Of a stretch of DNA of 39,160 nucleotides, positions 37,785 to 39,160 are shown one piece after another. The notes below the pieces were generated by a model that saw nothing but the letters and a program-made list of their open reading frames with translations, had not been told where the DNA came from and made no database searches. Position 1 is the stretch's first letter. Each line of letters starts with the position of its first letter. The translations under genes were made by a program, and so were the position numbers. The stretch covers positions 1-39,160 of the forward strand of contig JAHFPP010000005.1 of the NCBI GenBank assembly GCA_023266675.1, read 5' to 3'. The stretch comes from Candidatus Woesearchaeota archaeon (GTDB lineage: Archaea > Nanobdellota > Nanobdellia > Woesearchaeales > BM511).

Positions 37785-38645
37785 ATGAGTTCGGGGGAAA
37801 AATATCTTGAGGAGTCTGAAGAGTTTTCTAAAAACTATGATCTCTCAGACACAGTCATACTTTCGGTTCCGTACGACAAGACAAGTACTTACGGCAAAGG
37901 AGCTGACAAGGGGCCAAAGGCAATAATAGACGCTTACCCAAATCTTGAATTCTATGACGCAGAAACTAAAGAAGAGTTTTACCCAAACAAGATATTTATT
38001 GACAAGCCAATCCTAGAAAACTCTTCACCGGATAAAATGGTTGAAGAAGTTAAAAAACGAGTCGAGTCGCACTTAAGCAAAAACAAGTTTGTAGTTTTAA
38101 TCGGTGGCGAGCATTCAGTCAGCGTTGGCACAATATACGCGCATGCAAAGAAATTCAAGAACATGTCAATACTTCAGTTTGACGCGCATGCAGACCTTCG
38201 CGAGGATTATCACGGCTCAAAATACAACCACGCATGCATAATGAGGCGAGCGCAGGAAGTTTCAAAAACCGTTCAAGTTGGAATACGAAGCGTTGCAGCA
38301 AATGAGAAAAATAATCTTCAAAAAGTATTCTTTGCACATGACATTGCCGGTAAATCTGGTTGGCAGAAAAAAGTTGCAGACTCTTTATCTAAAAACGTTT
38401 ACGTTACAATAGACCTTGACGTTTTTGACTCGTCAATCATGCCGTCAACAGGCACGCCTGAACCTGGAGGACTCAATTGGTACGAAGTTGTAAACACGCT
38501 AAAAGAAGTGGCAAAAACAAAAAATATAGTCGGCTTTGACATCGTCGAGCTTTGCCCAAAAAAAGAGAACAGCGCACCGGACTTCTTGGCAGCAAAACTA
38601 CTATTCAAGCTTTTGATATACAAAAAACTTTACGCTAAAAAATAA
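37785..38645 (+). CDS. speB: Agmatinase
   Basis: GGEHSV, QFDAHADLR, HAC, DLDVFD, TGTPEPGG, DIVEL. Confidence 0.95.
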   Translation: MSSGEKYLEESEEFSKNYDLSDTVILSVPYDKTSTYGKGADKGPKAIIDAYPNLEFYDAETKEEFYPNKIFIDKPILENSSPDKMVEEVKKRVESHLSKNKFVVLIGGEHSVSVGTIYAHAKKFKNMSILQFDAHADLREDYHGSKYNHACIMRRAQEVSKTVQVGIRSVAANEKNNLQKVFFAHDIAGKSGWQKKVADSLSKNVYVTIDLDVFDSSIMPSTGTPEPGGLNWYEVVNTLKEVAKTKNIVGFDIVELCPKKENSAPDFLAAKLLFKLLIYKKLYAKK

Positions 38646-38681
38646 AACTAACATTCAATAAATACTGTGGGGGAAATAAAC

Positions 38682-39160
38682 ATGGCAAATTCAGGAAAAG
38701 TCTTAATCATTGGAGCCGGAGGCGTTGGTGCAGTAGTAGCTCACAAATGCGCGCAGGTAAAAGAAGTCTTCAAGGAAATCACGCTTGCATCACGCACAGT
38801 CTCAAAATGTGAAATAATCAAGAAAGAAATAAAACAAAAAACAGGAAGAGAGATTCGCACTGAACAGGTTGACGCTGACAACGTAGCGCAGCTTATACTT
38901 CTGATAAAAAAGGTAAAACCAGAACTTGTAATAAACGTTGCACTGCCATACCAGGACTTGACAATAATGGACGCATGCCTTGACTGCGGCGTAAACTATA
39001 TGGATACAGCAAATTATGAGCCAAAAGACATTGCAAATTTTGAATACAAATGGCAATGGGCGTACCAGGAAAAATTCAGAAAAAAAGGACTCATGGCTCT
39101 GCTTGGCTGCGGATTTGACTCTGGAGTCACAAACGTGTTCTCCGCTTACGCGCAAAAAAA
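38682..39160 (+). CDS. Saccharopine dehydrogenase family, carboxy(nor)spermidine dehydrogenase type; 3'-truncated, not in ORF track
   Basis: MANSGKVLIIGAGGVGAVVAHKCAQ...LASRT.SKC...VINVALPYQDLTIMDAC...YMDTANYEP...FEYKWQWAY...LGCGFD. Confidence 0.92.
   Translation, partial: MANSGKVLIIGAGGVGAVVAHKCAQVKEVFKEITLASRTVSKCEIIKKEIKQKTGREIRTEQVDADNVAQLILLIKKVKPELVINVALPYQDLTIMDACLDCGVNYMDTANYEPKDIANFEYKWQWAYQEKFRKKGLMALLGCGFDSGVTNVFSAYAQK

Noticed and set aside
39111..39125. GFDSG in place of the usual GFDPG in the dehydrogenase
   Set aside because: Single-base difference near the window edge; cannot be told from an error or neutral variant.
38802..39155. 117-aa minus-strand ORF
   Set aside because: Antisense to the well-supported dehydrogenase starting at 38682.

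Overview
AT-rich archaeal chromosomal segment. Archaeal markers are RNA polymerase subunit L, an HMf-type histone, a tRNA-Arg with a canonical bulge-helix-bulge intron, GGTGA Shine-Dalgarno sites and TATA boxes. The many orphan ORFs and overall gene content suggest a DPANN lineage such as Woesearchaeales (inference). Housekeeping genes include rpoL, uppS, tatD, pyrH, feoA/feoB, parvulin, dus, rlmH, lemA, mgtA, two tRNAs and a polyamine operon (arginine decarboxylase, agmatinase, carboxyspermidine dehydrogenase) that runs off the right edge. Three genes absent from the ORF track were found by hand: tatA, a FeoB-associated Cys-rich peptide and the terminal dehydrogenase. Most notable: (1) a 5'-truncated, >1200 aa single-pass protein fusing extracellular beta-rich domains to a cytoplasmic HerA/VirB4-like ATPase, with two coiled-coil neighbours; (2) a miniature, Sec-signal RHS toxin with a candidate immunity gene; (3) a divergent proteasome-beta/Ntn-like protein with Ser at the nucleophile position; (4) tandem duplications of the tRNA-Arg 3' end, each followed by a covarying hairpin; (5) a 175-nt nested inverted-repeat element; (6) an in-frame TAA in the polyprenyl synthase; (7) an aspartate-less receiver; (8) a candidate small RNA carrying a strong SD and a two-codon ORF. 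All family calls are by motif recognition only; no searches were run.
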